A DNA stretch of 64,000 nucleotides, taken from Azolla caroliniana (lineage: Eukaryota > Plantae > Polypodiophyta). Position 1 is the stretch's first letter. Each line of letters begins with the position of its first letter. The position numbers and the translations under genes were made by a program. The stretch covers positions 5,518,001 through 5,582,000 of the forward strand of contig JBHGNT010000018.1 of the NCBI GenBank assembly GCA_043228905.1. The letters are read 5' to 3'. A model generated the notes under the pieces. The model saw nothing but the letters and a program-made list of their open reading frames with translations, made no database searches and was not told the origin of the DNA. This document shows positions 36,758 through 49,521 of this stretch, piece by piece.

Positions 36758-39495
36758 ATGACGGGCGATAAATGTCTGAAAAGCTCCACAAATGGCACGT
36801 TTCCTTTAGGTTGCTGTGATATGAGTATTAAGTGCAGGATCATGTGGCGCCGTGAACATGAATTTCTATTATGCTCATGTTGTAATGAGACACCATCAAC
36901 ATGCCCATGTTTCCTTGGATCTTCCTCAATGGTGTTCTTCGCTGCCTCTCTTTTGCTCTTCGGAGCTCTCGGCATGATATTTGCTTGGCTTACATTCACT
37001 CCTTTCATGTATAGCAACGCAGTCTTTGATTCTTCGCAAATCTCATGCCAGCCTGACAACGAAGGATCTTGGTCTATTGGTATCTTCTTTGGAGAGGATC
37101 CATTCTCATTACGACCCATCGAACTCGCGATGACTTCACAAACCTTTAAAGTAAGATGAATTGATCTTAAGGGAAGAAAGTTTGGTCTCTATTAAGAGAT
37201 TGCTCAAAAAATTTCTCATTTTATCTTTGATGTATATGGACTTGATGTTACTTTATAGGAGTATAATGAGGATGGAAAAGGTTTGATGTTTCCTATTGCG
37301 AATCCAGTCCTCACATGTGCGTCTGTGGTGGATCCAAGCCACCCGAGTACATTCGTTGCTGATCCTTTTCTCTACATGCAGGTTTGACAGGGCTTTGTTT
37401 TTCCTGTTTGAGCTTTCAATTTTCTTGCAATTTCTTCAACAATGTTCGTAAGGATAGGCATTATTTTTTCTTGTAGGGATCAAAATGGTACATTTTTTTT
37501 GAGTCAAAAAATGCCCTTACAAACAAAGGAGAAATTGGAGTCTCAGAAAGCTCTGACGGAGGTGCATCATGGAAATATCTTGGGATTGCTTTGGAGGAGG
37601 AGTGGCATCTCTCGTTCCCATATGTATTCGACTACGATGGACAGGTAAACTTTCAGAAGGCATATCATGTTTATGCTTTACGTATGTTTTATAGACAGAC
37701 TTATGAATGCAATGGTACCCTTAATTTTTGAATTGTTATGTTCCTGATTTCTGTAAACCTCGGTTTAATCTTTCTTACTATGTTTCTATTTTTCCATGTA
37801 TTTTTCCACTTCTAGATTTATATGATGCCAGAAGGCAGTAAGAAAGGAGATCTTCGTCTTTACCGGGCATTGAATTTTCCACTTCAATGGACTTTAGAAA
37901 GGGTCCTGATCAAGAGGCCCCTGGTTGATGCAACAATGTTGGAGTACAAGGGAAAATTCTGGATATTTGGTTCCGATTTTGAGCAGTTTGGAGCCAAAAA
38001 GAATGGGGAGCTTGAAGTATGGTATGCAAGCACACCATTCGGTCCTTGGAAGCAACACAAGGGCAATCCTCTTCACAATGAGAACCGTAGTTATGGGGCT
38101 CGTAATGGTGGAAGACCGTTTATTCATGATGGGAAACTTTATCGGGTCGGACAAGATTGTGGTGAAACTTATGGGCGTAGAGTCCGCATATTTCGTGTTG
38201 ATACTTTGACCACAACGGAGTTCCATGAGGTGGAAGTTCCTTTGGGTTTAGAAGAATCAAAGAAAGGTCGGAATGCTTGGAATGGGTTGCGATACCACCA
38301 GTTAGATGTCCAGAAGCTCCCTTCAGGTGGGTGGATTGGAGTGATGGATGGGGATAGGGTCCCCTCTGGCGATATAACCTCGAGGTATTTGGTGGGTTTT
38401 GCAGCTCTATTGGCTCTCATGGGTCTCGTGTTGTGTTTTGCTATCATGTTTGGTTACGTCCGATGTGTGTTTCCTTTGAGCAAGTGCCTAAGCATAGGGA
38501 AGAGAAGTGATGTTACTCTGGGATGGATTCCACCTCAAATTGCAACAAAGCTACATCGGATATTGTCTCGGTTAAATAGGAACACTTATTTCGGAAGGGA
38601 TCGGAATAATAAGTCTACAAGCTGTGCTGGTATCTCCATTTTGCTGGTATGCTTCCTCGTGAGTGTAGTGCTGGTGTGTATTGGGGTGCGGTCATTCTTC
38701 GGAGGAAATGGGGCTGATGAACCGTATCTAGTAGATGGAAAATATTCACAATTCACGATGATTGCAATGACGTACGAGGAGCGGCTATGGAATCTCCAGA
38801 TGTATGTCAAGCACTATTCTCGGTGTGCATCAGTGCGAGAGATAGTAGTGGTATGGAACAAGGGACAACCTCCAAATGTGGAGACGGATTTCGATTCGGC
38901 CGTGCCTATCCGAATCCGAGTAGAAGACAAAAACTCTTTAAATAATCGCTTCAAACCTGATCCTCAGATCAAGACACAAGCTGTGCTTGAGCTGGATGAT
39001 GACATCATGATGACATGCAATGACCTCGAGCGGGGATTCAAAGCATGGAGGAATCACCCTAATAGGATTGTGGGGTATTATCCACGATTGATTGATGGGA
39101 GCCCACTAAAGTATAGAAATGAGCGATATGCTCGCGCAAATAATGCGTACAACATGATATTGACGGGAGGTGCTTTTTTAGATTGGGAAGTTGCATTTAC
39201 AAAGTATTGGAGCGAGGCTGCAGAACAAGGACGAGCCCTTGTCGATGAGCTTTTCAATTGCGAAGACATTCTTCTGAACTTTGTCTTAGCAAACAGCACC
39301 ACATCACGGATCGTAGAATACATACATCCTGCCTGGGCTATAGACACTTCTAAAATATCTAGCTCAGCAATCAGTAGAGATACTAAACTGCATTATTTGA
39401 AAAGGGAAAACTGTCTAAACACGTTTTCAAAGATATATGGTCTAACTCTAAAGAAATGGGAATTTGGCCGCCGCGGTGACAGTTGGGATTATTGA
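36758..39495 (+). CDS. GINT1: Glycosyltransferase family 64 protein, glucosamine inositolphosphorylceramide transferase 1-like. Exons 36758-37150, 37259-37381, 37477-37644, 37816-39495; 787 aa
   Basis: Three phase-0 GT-AG introns give one open frame: N-terminal TM, DNEGSWSIG, NPVLTCAS..FVADPFLY, WHLSFPYVF..IYMMPE, two further TM segments, and the GT64 domain (EIVVVWN, NSLNNRF, LELDDD, NCEDILLNF). The start codon choice is less certain than the internal exons. Confidence 0.9.
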
Positions 39496-42400
39496 AGAAA
39501 AATCTCTTATGCTATGCATAGCATTATTATCCATGGGACAATTAAAGGAAAAATCTCTAATGCTATACATAGCATTATCCATGGGATTATTAAAGAAAAA
39601 TCTCTAATGCTATACATGGCGTTATCCATTTGTGGCGACATGTCGTTACAGTGGTTTATGCTTTCCTCTTTTTTCTTTCATGTATCCTATTTTCCTAATG
39701 TATAAATATCATACACTTGGAACAGTAAATACTGTGTGATACAAAAAAGCCAAGTCATTGTAACTTGGGAGGAGTGAATTTTGTTGCAGTGAAAATGTTG
39801 TGTGATATAAAGACACACAATGCATTGTAATAAATAACCTTTGTCAGCCCCTTTGGTACCAACCATTTCTTCATCCAAAGTTCAATTCTGCTATTTCTTT
39901 CTGTGGTATTCATGAGGTTGTGGAGAATGGGAGTAATGATATAATCGTGGCTCATAGTGACATAGTTGCCTTGATACATGAATTAATTTAAACACTTCAG
40001 TAGTCAGTTATTGGTATTCCATCGCTATTTAGGAATGTTTGAGCTTCTTGTTATTGTGGATCCAATCACTAGATTTGAGAGTGGAATGTTTCCCTTCATG
40101 CAAATAAAGTGCTCGTTGCAAGACTCCACGGAACTCATGCCATGAGATGATTTGTTTTCTTGTATCTATTGGATGAAGGGTGTCAATGGTCGACAAATCT
40201 TCAATCTGGGGCTATAGGATGATGTCCGGAATACATTGGATCCTAGTTTGGCGGATCGGTGTGATTTAGAAGAGTCTAATTATTGGAGGTGATATAGCAT
40301 ACTCACATGTGCACACGTGCACACACGCATGCACGCACACACATAGAGAGATAGGGAGAGATTATATTTTTGGAAGGCATATATTATATAGTTTTTTAAT
40401 CTATTGATTATTCACATTGACTTATTGTATTATTCTCTATAATTAATCATCTACATCCATTGACTTATTGTCTATCATTATATGAATGGAAAACTAGTCT
40501 TTTATAATGGTTGTCCCCAAAAAGCTCTCTCGAGTAACTCTTAAGGATTATCCTTATATTTATTTCACCAATTTTTTGTGAAATTCCCTTGGTTAGCTTG
40601 CCTAGTCAATGTTCAAAGCGAAAGATCACTGGACATCATTTGATATTTGAACAATTGGGTACCCGATATAAGTTTTTGTATTGAAGTCCTATCAAAGTGT
40701 TGTATTTTCTCACCATTTCCTAGTACGTCATGCATGAGAAAGTCCAACGAATGAGTCAATGAAAACCGTCATAATCTTGTCTACTTTTTAAAATTGTTGT
40801 GACTCACGCTTCCATCGTTTGTAGTGTATCAATTTTTGGGTTGTAGTATCACTTGATTAGACTACCTAACTTGGTAGTATTTTAGGCAAACCTACATGTA
40901 TTGTTTGAGTAACAATTTAGAAAACAAATTTCTTAACATTCAATTAAGAAATGATGGAGATTTAAAGAGTAATGTATAACAAGGAAATGAACCCAAAATA
41001 GTAGCCTTTGTAGAAATCCAATCCACAAATGGTCCTAATTGGCCATTAGTAGGAATTCATACTTTGGGTACATAGGTGCCCATTGGATCTCACCTCCTCC
41101 TACTTATTGAAGCTTGTTGCAATTTTACCAAGTTAAAGTGACCATATGCGTGGGTTGGGATACATACTAATATCTTGTCCTTCTAACGAGTCCATTGATA
41201 GGTTTATTATTATAGCCTCATTGTCTATGCGCATGCTCCTAACTAATTAAACATCGTAATAAGCAATTGAAAAATAAGTAGAAGGATATTCAACACAACA
41301 TGCCATTATTTTAAGACACTAATATGTGCTAAGAATTTTCACATGGGCCTTTTTAAAAGTTATTGTCTACAATGTGCATGTGTGCTATACACATGTATGT
41401 GAAAATATTTTTATATGCATAAATTAATATGAATTTATTCCATTTTCCTTAAATATTTTAGGGAAGCATGTCAAAATGTACTACAAATTACTTTGGAATT
41501 ATCTCACTAGGTAAATCGGCACAATCCATAAGGAATGTATTAGGTTGAGGAAGTACATGGCGATTTTCATAAGACAAGGATCCAAACTGAAAATTTAGTA
41601 AGAGGACCCTGAAATTTAGTATAAAGATACATAGAGTTCCTAGGTATGAACACCTACTCTTTCAAAGGAAATGTGGTAGACAACTTAATAATATCCACAC
41701 AAAGTCGCTTCATTATTTTGATTGTTTCCTGTGTATAAAATGCACAAGGTTTGATATATGTTAGGAAGTTCACATCTAGCTTGAACACGTGACATTACAA
41801 CATTAGCTATTGAGCGTGAATGAGCTAGATGGAAAAACCTCAAGGGAACAATATTCTAGAAGTCACATGTTCTATTGTTTAACATTTTTTACTTTATCGG
41901 TAGCATATGTATCTCTTCCTCCTCACAAATGCATCTAAAAGCTCCCAAATAGTTGCCTATGTGTTCTAACATTATTCATCAAAGTCGGCCTCCGGTGAAG
42001 AAAATAAAACAAAATAAACAATAAAAATAAGGAACAATTTAAAATAAATAAAGTCGAATTGAGATAATTAAATAAATACGATATAAAAAATAAAAAAGAG
42101 AATAGAAATGAATAAAAACTGAATTGTAAAAATAAAATTAAGATTAAATATATTCATAAAGATTAAGTAGAAAACAAAGTGATACAAAAAGAAATTAAGT
42201 AGCAAATAAGCCTTCTTGTATGGTCTCTTCGTAATAATGGGAAAGTAGCTTCATTTCGGAAAAAAAATAAAAATAAAAATAAGCAAATGAAATTAAAAAA
42301 CAAACCTAGAGGAAAGTTTTAAAAATAAGGAAATTAAATATATTTAATTAAATGGTATAGAAAGTAAAAGTAAAAATAAAATCTAAAGCAAGTGAAAAAT

Positions 42401-42541
42401 AAGACATTCAGAAATTAACAAAATTTAAGCAAATGAAATTAGAGTCTAATTATCTAAAAGAAAAGTTTAAATTTTTTTAATTAAAAAGTAAATAAATAAT
42501 ATAATAAACGTAAATAGACAAATAGTAAATTAAGGGTTTAG

Positions 42542-42581
<40 letters not shown>

Positions 42582-43957
42582 TGTGTGTGAGATCCATAGG
42601 AAGTCAACATGGCCAATGGGACCCAAAAAAGATAAATTCAAAAACAATAAAGGGCTATATGAATGCATAAACAATTAAGAGTTAAATAATAGACCTCCAA
42701 GAGAGAGAACCATGGTAGACCCAACATGGCCCATGGTACCAACAATTTTCTATCCTCTTTCGAGTTCTTTAAAGTTAGAAGTCTTAAAAGTCTACCTAAT
42801 GTTCTCATACATGAAGATCAAAATGACACGCTCTTATATTTCAGTACAATAAATACAACGTAATCTCTTTTCTAAGGCTCAATATTCAACTAATCCCTAG
42901 TTTCTATTTTGATGTGTGTGACATCACTGTGATGACATGATTCTCCCTCTTGGATGCGAGTGTTGAGATGTGAGTCAGGGCATTGACAATACACCCTTAG
43001 CAATTTTCCATATAACTAGTGTTAATGCAAATGGAATTGTCCTCAAACTTATAAAGTTATATCTATGTTCGGTGGTTGAATAAAGTATTGATTCATTTTT
43101 GAGTGCCCTTTTTTACTTTTTCTCCACCTTAAGATCCAATTCCATAGATAAATTGATTTAGTTATGGGTAAAATAATTGAAAACCTAGTTATCCTAACAA
43201 GTACAAAAAAACCATTAGGACTTACGACACATGGGAGCGTGTGTGTTGGTCTAGGACCCTTAGGTGTTGAGCTATATATCCCCCTCATTATGATATCTTG
43301 AAATGATGCCAAAACTCTATTAGTGAGGCTAGGCTCTCCTTTTTGGATCCATTGTGCACCTTATCATGTTGGTGGTACGAGACACCAATTTATTTTATGT
43401 TTGTCTCCTCCTTTGCTTGAGTGTGGTCAAGCACCTTAATGTCTTTTTCTTTTTCTTATCATAGTTTGACCTCGTGCACATCCAAATAAGATATCTTGAA
43501 AACGTTTCATGAATGGTCAAACATGACCTATAAGACCAAATGTGGATTTGAGTAGTGATTCACACTAATTCAGCATTTATTACACATTTTCTCGTACCTA
43601 TTCATGAATTGTATTTCAAAGTTTCCCCTTTGTCATCTTTTGCAAATTTGACCCTTTTTGGTCATCAGTTAACTCTTACCACTCGTGCTATATATTGGTG
43701 GTGGTGTTATAATTGTCTTCCAACCAAATATGCAACATACAATAAACTTGACTTTTTGACACTTTTATCTTGTCAACATGCAACGTCATGATACATATAC
43801 ATGCTTTTGTCATCTATTTGCAACATTCCTTCCATATGACTTAGATCACATTATGAGGACATTTAACCAAAATTGCAACCTACAATAAACTTGACTCTTT
43901 GATACTTTTCTCTTGTCACGCATGCCGCATGAAGGTACATATACATGCATTTGTCAT

Positions 43958-44262
43958 TGTTGAGAATCAAGCTCAAATTGGTCTAGTGTATGAACTCACC
44001 TTGAGAGTGAAGAGACACTCCAACGGTCAAGAGTCACCATTATGTCACCACTTTGTATTCTAGCATTTAGTATGAGTCATAGAATCATATTCTATGACAC
44101 ATAACTTATGAGCTTTCACATTCCCCATGCTCCATGAGTCTTGTAGTTAATGAAGAGAGAGGGTGACTACATAAAGCACCCTCCCACCTTGTATAATGTT
44201 GAGTCTTTCTCCTTTGTCAATATACTTTTACCTTGAGTATTCTCTGTGTTTCACTCACTCAC

Positions 44263-44329
<67 letters not shown>

Positions 44330-47300
44330 CACACACACACATAACTCACATCTCTTCCGCTTCACAAGAATCCATCTCTTGATTCTTTACATGGTATCAG
44401 AGCGATTTGGTAGCTCGATCTAGCCCATTCGCCTCATCGTGATCGTGTGTTGTGCTCTACGCCGACGACCAAGAACCAGCTCATAGCTATCGTAGCTTCG
44501 CTACATAGCTCGCATTCAAAGAGAGAAGAAGAAGAAGAAGAATCGACATAATGAATACTCAAATGGGGAGCGCTCTCCCTACTAAGAAGTTGGATCGAAA
44601 CAACTTCGCATCTTGGGAGTACAAGATGCACCAATACCTTGTCGGACAAGGCTATTGGAGCTACATCAAAGGAGCGCATGAAGACCGACCCGCTGAAGCG
44701 GCTCTCGGATACGCGACATGGGAGCAAGCCACAAGCTGTGTCATGTATTGTTTGGCGACATGTGTTCACGACCACATGCTTGGTTACATTCGAGAAGCCA
44801 AGACGCTGAAGGAAGCGTGGAAAAATCTACGAAAGATTTTCGCCGCCAACATGACCGCGAGGAAGCTTCAACTCCGCCAAGAGTTGAACAACATTCAACA
44901 AAGGGACATGTCTATCATGACATACACCTTGAAGATCAAGGAGCTTTGCGACTCGCTCGACTCAATAAGCGTAAGTATAGATGATGATGAAATGGTGCAA
45001 ATATGCCTCGACGGCCTCGCACCACGGTTCAGCGCGATGCGAACCGCCGTTCTAGCACGGGAGAAATCTCCCTCCTTCTTCGAGCTCCAATCAATTTTAT
45101 TGGTCGAAGAAAACCACGTGCGTACAAGGAGTAATGAGTCGGAAGGCCACATGCTCTACACGCACTCTAATGGAGGAAGAGGATGTGGACGAACGAGAGG
45201 CCGATTCGGCCAAGGACAAGGCGGAGGAGGTCCGACCTACGACAACAACTCCCAATTTCGGCCGCAAAACGGAGGCCAACGAGGAACCTTCGCAAGAAGG
45301 GGGAGCTTCCACTCCGGCCCGAGCCATCAAAACGCAACCGAATGCGGATATTGTGGAAAGCTCGGCCACCACGAAGAAGAGTGTTGAAAGAAGATGCGTG
45401 AATCGGCTTGCACAAGCCGACAACTCACGAATTACGCACACAACTCCGACTACGAAGATCGTGGCGGAATGTATGCACACAACTCCAACCGTGGCGAAAT
45501 GTACGGGCACAACTCCGACTACGAAGATCGTGGCGGAATGTATGCGCCCAACTCCGACCGTGGCGGAATGTTCATAATGAAACATAGAGCAAACTCTATG
45601 TCGGCCGCTACCTCAACTAGTGCCTCCGGTCCGGAAGACGTATGGTTCATCGATTCCGGTGCCTCGAACCATATGACATCGCATCAAGAATGGTTCCGAG
45701 AACTTCGAGAGCCGGAGCGACCCGGTTATGTCGAAACCGGAGATGACACTATGCACCCGATTCGGCACATCGGCAATGTTCCGTTCGGAAAAGAAGGTAA
45801 GCAAAATTACATTAAAAATGTCTTGCATGTACCCACCATTACGAAGAATTTGGTCTCCGTTGGCCAAATTGTAGAGCAAGGGATGCAAGTTCGATTTAAT
45901 CAAGGCGGTTGCTTCATCGAAAAAGAGGGCCGACTCATCGCACGCGGACGAAGAGAGGGCCGAATGTTCATTCTTGACCCACACGAGATAAAATCGGCCA
46001 TGTTCGCAAAGGGCATGAAAGACGACTCTGACATAGAGTTGTGGCACAAGCGAATCAACCACATCAATCTCAACAAACTGAAAGCAATGAAATCGAAAGG
46101 AGTCGTCATCGGGCTCCCGACATTCAAAGAAAAGGAGATTGAAGGTGTATGCGAAGCGTGCCAATTCGGCAAGCAACACTGACACCCATTCCCGAAAGAG
46201 CGGAACGTGAGCAGGGGTTTACTCGACGTGGTCCATTCCGACGTATGGGGACTGGTGCAGACGGCTACATTCGGCGGATGCCGATATTACGTGCTCTTCA
46301 TCGACGACTTCTCTAGGCACACTTGGATCTACCCGATGTGGCAAAAGAGCGAAGTGTTCGGACACTTCCAAAATTTCAAGAATGAAGTCGAGAAAGCCAC
46401 GGGTCGACATGTACGATGCCTTCGATCAGATGGCGGCAAGGAGTACTTCTCGGACGATTTCACGGCGTATCTCCAAAAGGAAGGAATTCAGCGAGAATTC
46501 CCTTGCCGACATAGTCCGCAACAAAACGGAGTAGCCGAGCGCAAAAATCGGCACATCCTCGAAGTAGCGCGGGCCATGATGAACGAGAAGCATATGCCCA
46601 AGTCATATTGGGCCGAAGCGGCAAATACGGCCGTCTACCTAATGAACTGGTGCACAACATCCGGCGTGCACGAGGTCACTCCGCACGAAAGATTCTTCGG
46701 AAAGAAGCCGAACCTATCACATGTTCGGATATTCGGCTCCATTGCGTACATGCACATCCCCGACGAGAAGCGTCAAAAGCTCGACCCGAAGTCGGAGAAA
46801 TGTATCCTCGTAGGATACTCACTGGAGTAAAAGGGGTACAAGTGCTATAACCCCTCAACTCGAAAATCTCGGGTAAGTCGAGACGTCGTCTTTGACGAGT
46901 CCGCATCCTGGTATGCACCAGAGACAACTTCGACTCCGACCCCGCTCGACCCAAAATCCACCGAACAAGAGATAGAGGATGAAGATCACCTTACGTGCAT
47001 GTTCGAAGAAAGTCCGATCACGACCCGACTGAGCGGACCACAAGAGCCTTTGAGCGATCAAAGCACATCACGGCCTAGCCCGAAGATGGACAAAGGCAAG
47101 GCAAAAATGGCGGAATATGAAGACGATCGCTTCGACGATGATGAATCGACTCACTCACTCGACAGTGAGTTCGGCGGTTTCGAGGTATCAATCGGAGCTA
47201 AGAAAGCCCTCATCTCTGCAAATGAAAAACCCCGCCGATCCACCCGTGAAAAGAACCCCGTAAGCCGATTCGACTACAACGATTATATGGCGTACCATTA

Positions 47301-49521
47301 TGCCTTTATGATGAAGGTAGCGACAATACGGGAGCCGGAAACCTTTTCGGAAGCCGCGAAGGACCCGCGATGGATTGAAGCAATGAACGAGGAGATGCAG
47401 GCACTACGGAAGAACGAGACGTGGGATCTCGTTTCCACCTCGCCACACAAAAAGGCGATCGGATGCAGATGGATCTACAAGGTGAAGTATAACGCCGATG
47501 GCTTCGTAAACCGCTTCAAAGCTCGACTCGTAGCGAAAGGATACGCTCAGACACATGGCGTCGACTACGAAGAGACCTTTGCCCCGGTGGCAAAGATGAC
47601 GACGGTGCGGACCGTAATTGCGATTGCCGCGGCGAAAGGGTGGCACCTCCATCAAATGGACGTCAAGAACGCCTTTCTACAAGGCGAATTAGAAGAGGAG
47701 GTGTACATGATCCAACCACTTGGCTTCAACTCGTGCACTCATCCAAAAGTCGTATGCCGACTCAAGAAGCCACTCTACGGCCTCAAGCAAGAACCACGTG
47801 CTTGGCATTCGAAGATAACATAATATCTTCATCAAATCGGCTTCCGTATGTCAAAATCGGACAACTCCCTCTACATACGAAGCGATTCCACAAGTCCGAT
47901 CGTCATCATCTTATATGTGGATGACCTAGTCATTGGAGGTGAGCATCTCGTCGAAATCAATAAGGTCAAATCCCTCCTTTCCGACAAGTTCGAGATGACG
48001 GACATGAAGGAGCTCCACTACTTCCTCGACATCGAGGTAATTCGGACTCCGGCCGGAATCATGATCTCTCAACGGCACTACATCCTCAACTTGTTATACA
48101 AGTTCGGGATGGCTGAGTGCAAATCCACGGCAACCCTGCTCGGTCGCAATCTCAAACTAGATGGGAACTCCGGCACCAAAGCGTGTGAGCCGACTCAGTA
48201 TCGGCAACTCATCGGGAGTCTCATCTACCTCATGATCACACGACCCGATCTCAGTTATCTGGTCGATCTCCTTAGCCAATTCATGCAAACACTGCGTGAT
48301 ACTCACTTGGATTGTGCTAAGCGAGTTCTACGATACGTGAGTGGCACAATGGATTGCGGCATCCTCTACAAGACCGCGATGCCAATACGACTCGAGGGGT
48401 ACACAGACGCCGATTGGGCCGGCTACAAAGCTGATAGAAGATCAACTTCCGGATTTGTTTTCTCCCTCGGTAGTGGAGCAATATCCTGGAGTAGCAAGAA
48501 GCAGGCTACCGTCGCTCTTTTGAGTACGGAGGCAGAATACAGCGGCGCAGCCGTAGCTGCGTGTGAAGCCGTAGCTGCGTGTGAAGCCGTATGGCTCAAG
48601 ACGATTTTGAAGGATCTGGGCGTACCCATCAAGGATTCGACTTCCCTGTACTACGACAACATGAGCAGTATCTATCTGGCTCGGAATCCAGTATTTCACG
48701 CGCGGACAAAGCACATCGAAGTGCACTATCACTTCATCCGAGAGCGCGTTCTGGCTGGTGATGTCGACCTACAACACATTAGCACCAATCTTCAAACGGC
48801 CGACATCTTCACTAAAGCCTTCGGAGCCGACAAGCTATGGAAATTCATGACCGATCTCGGATTGACAATCCCTAACCTGCCAAGCTTGAGGGGGAGTACT
48901 GAAGACACTACGCAATAACGCGTGGATTCCGCAACCACGCAACGAAGCAGTGAAGAGCCAATCTACCGCGGAAAGCCGTGAAGAAAGACGCAAGCCGAAG
49001 CACAGACTTCGTAACTACGCACAACGCAAGCTGGAGCACGGATTCCGCAACTCCGCATAAAGCGAGTCGACGCGAACTCCGGAACGTGAGTTGAAGCGGA
49101 TTTCGGATACCGTTTGAAACCGACCCGACTTGAGCTTGAGGGGGCGTGTTGAGAATCAAGCTCAAATTGGTCTGGTGTGTGAACTCACCTTGAGAGTGAA
49201 GAGACACTCTAACGGTCAAGAGTCACCATTATGTCACCACTTTGTATTCTAGCATTTAGTATGAGTCATAGAATCATATTCTATGACACATAACTTATGA
49301 GCTTTCACATTCCCCATGCTCCATGAGTCTTGTAGTTAATGAAGAGAGAGGGTGACTACATAAAGCACCCTCCTCCCACCTTGTATAATGTTGAGTCTTT
49401 CTCCTTTGTCAATATACTTTTACCTTGAGTATTCTCTGTGTTTCACTCACTCTCTCTCTTACACACACACATAACTCACATCTCTTCCCCTTCACAAGAA
49501 TCCATCTCTTGATTCTTTACA
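43958..49521 (+). mobile_element. Full-length Copia element K
   Basis: LTRs 43958-44391 and 49147-49521, differing mainly by a (CT)n expansion. TSD GTCAT, PBS-iMet at 44392-44403 directly abutting the LTR, PPT at 49132-49146. Confidence 0.95.
44551..48918 (+). pseudogene. Copia K gag-pol, single frame with four premature stops (45385, 46180, 46828, 47821)
   Basis: CGYCGKLGHHEEEC knuckle, WFIDSGASNHM, VHSDVWG, QQNGVAERKNR, YVDDLV, TDADWAG, RTKHIEVHYHF. All fragments share one frame. Confidence 0.92.

Noticed and set aside
42000-42590. A-rich tract ending in (GA)n
   Set aside because: Low complexity with no periodic unit.
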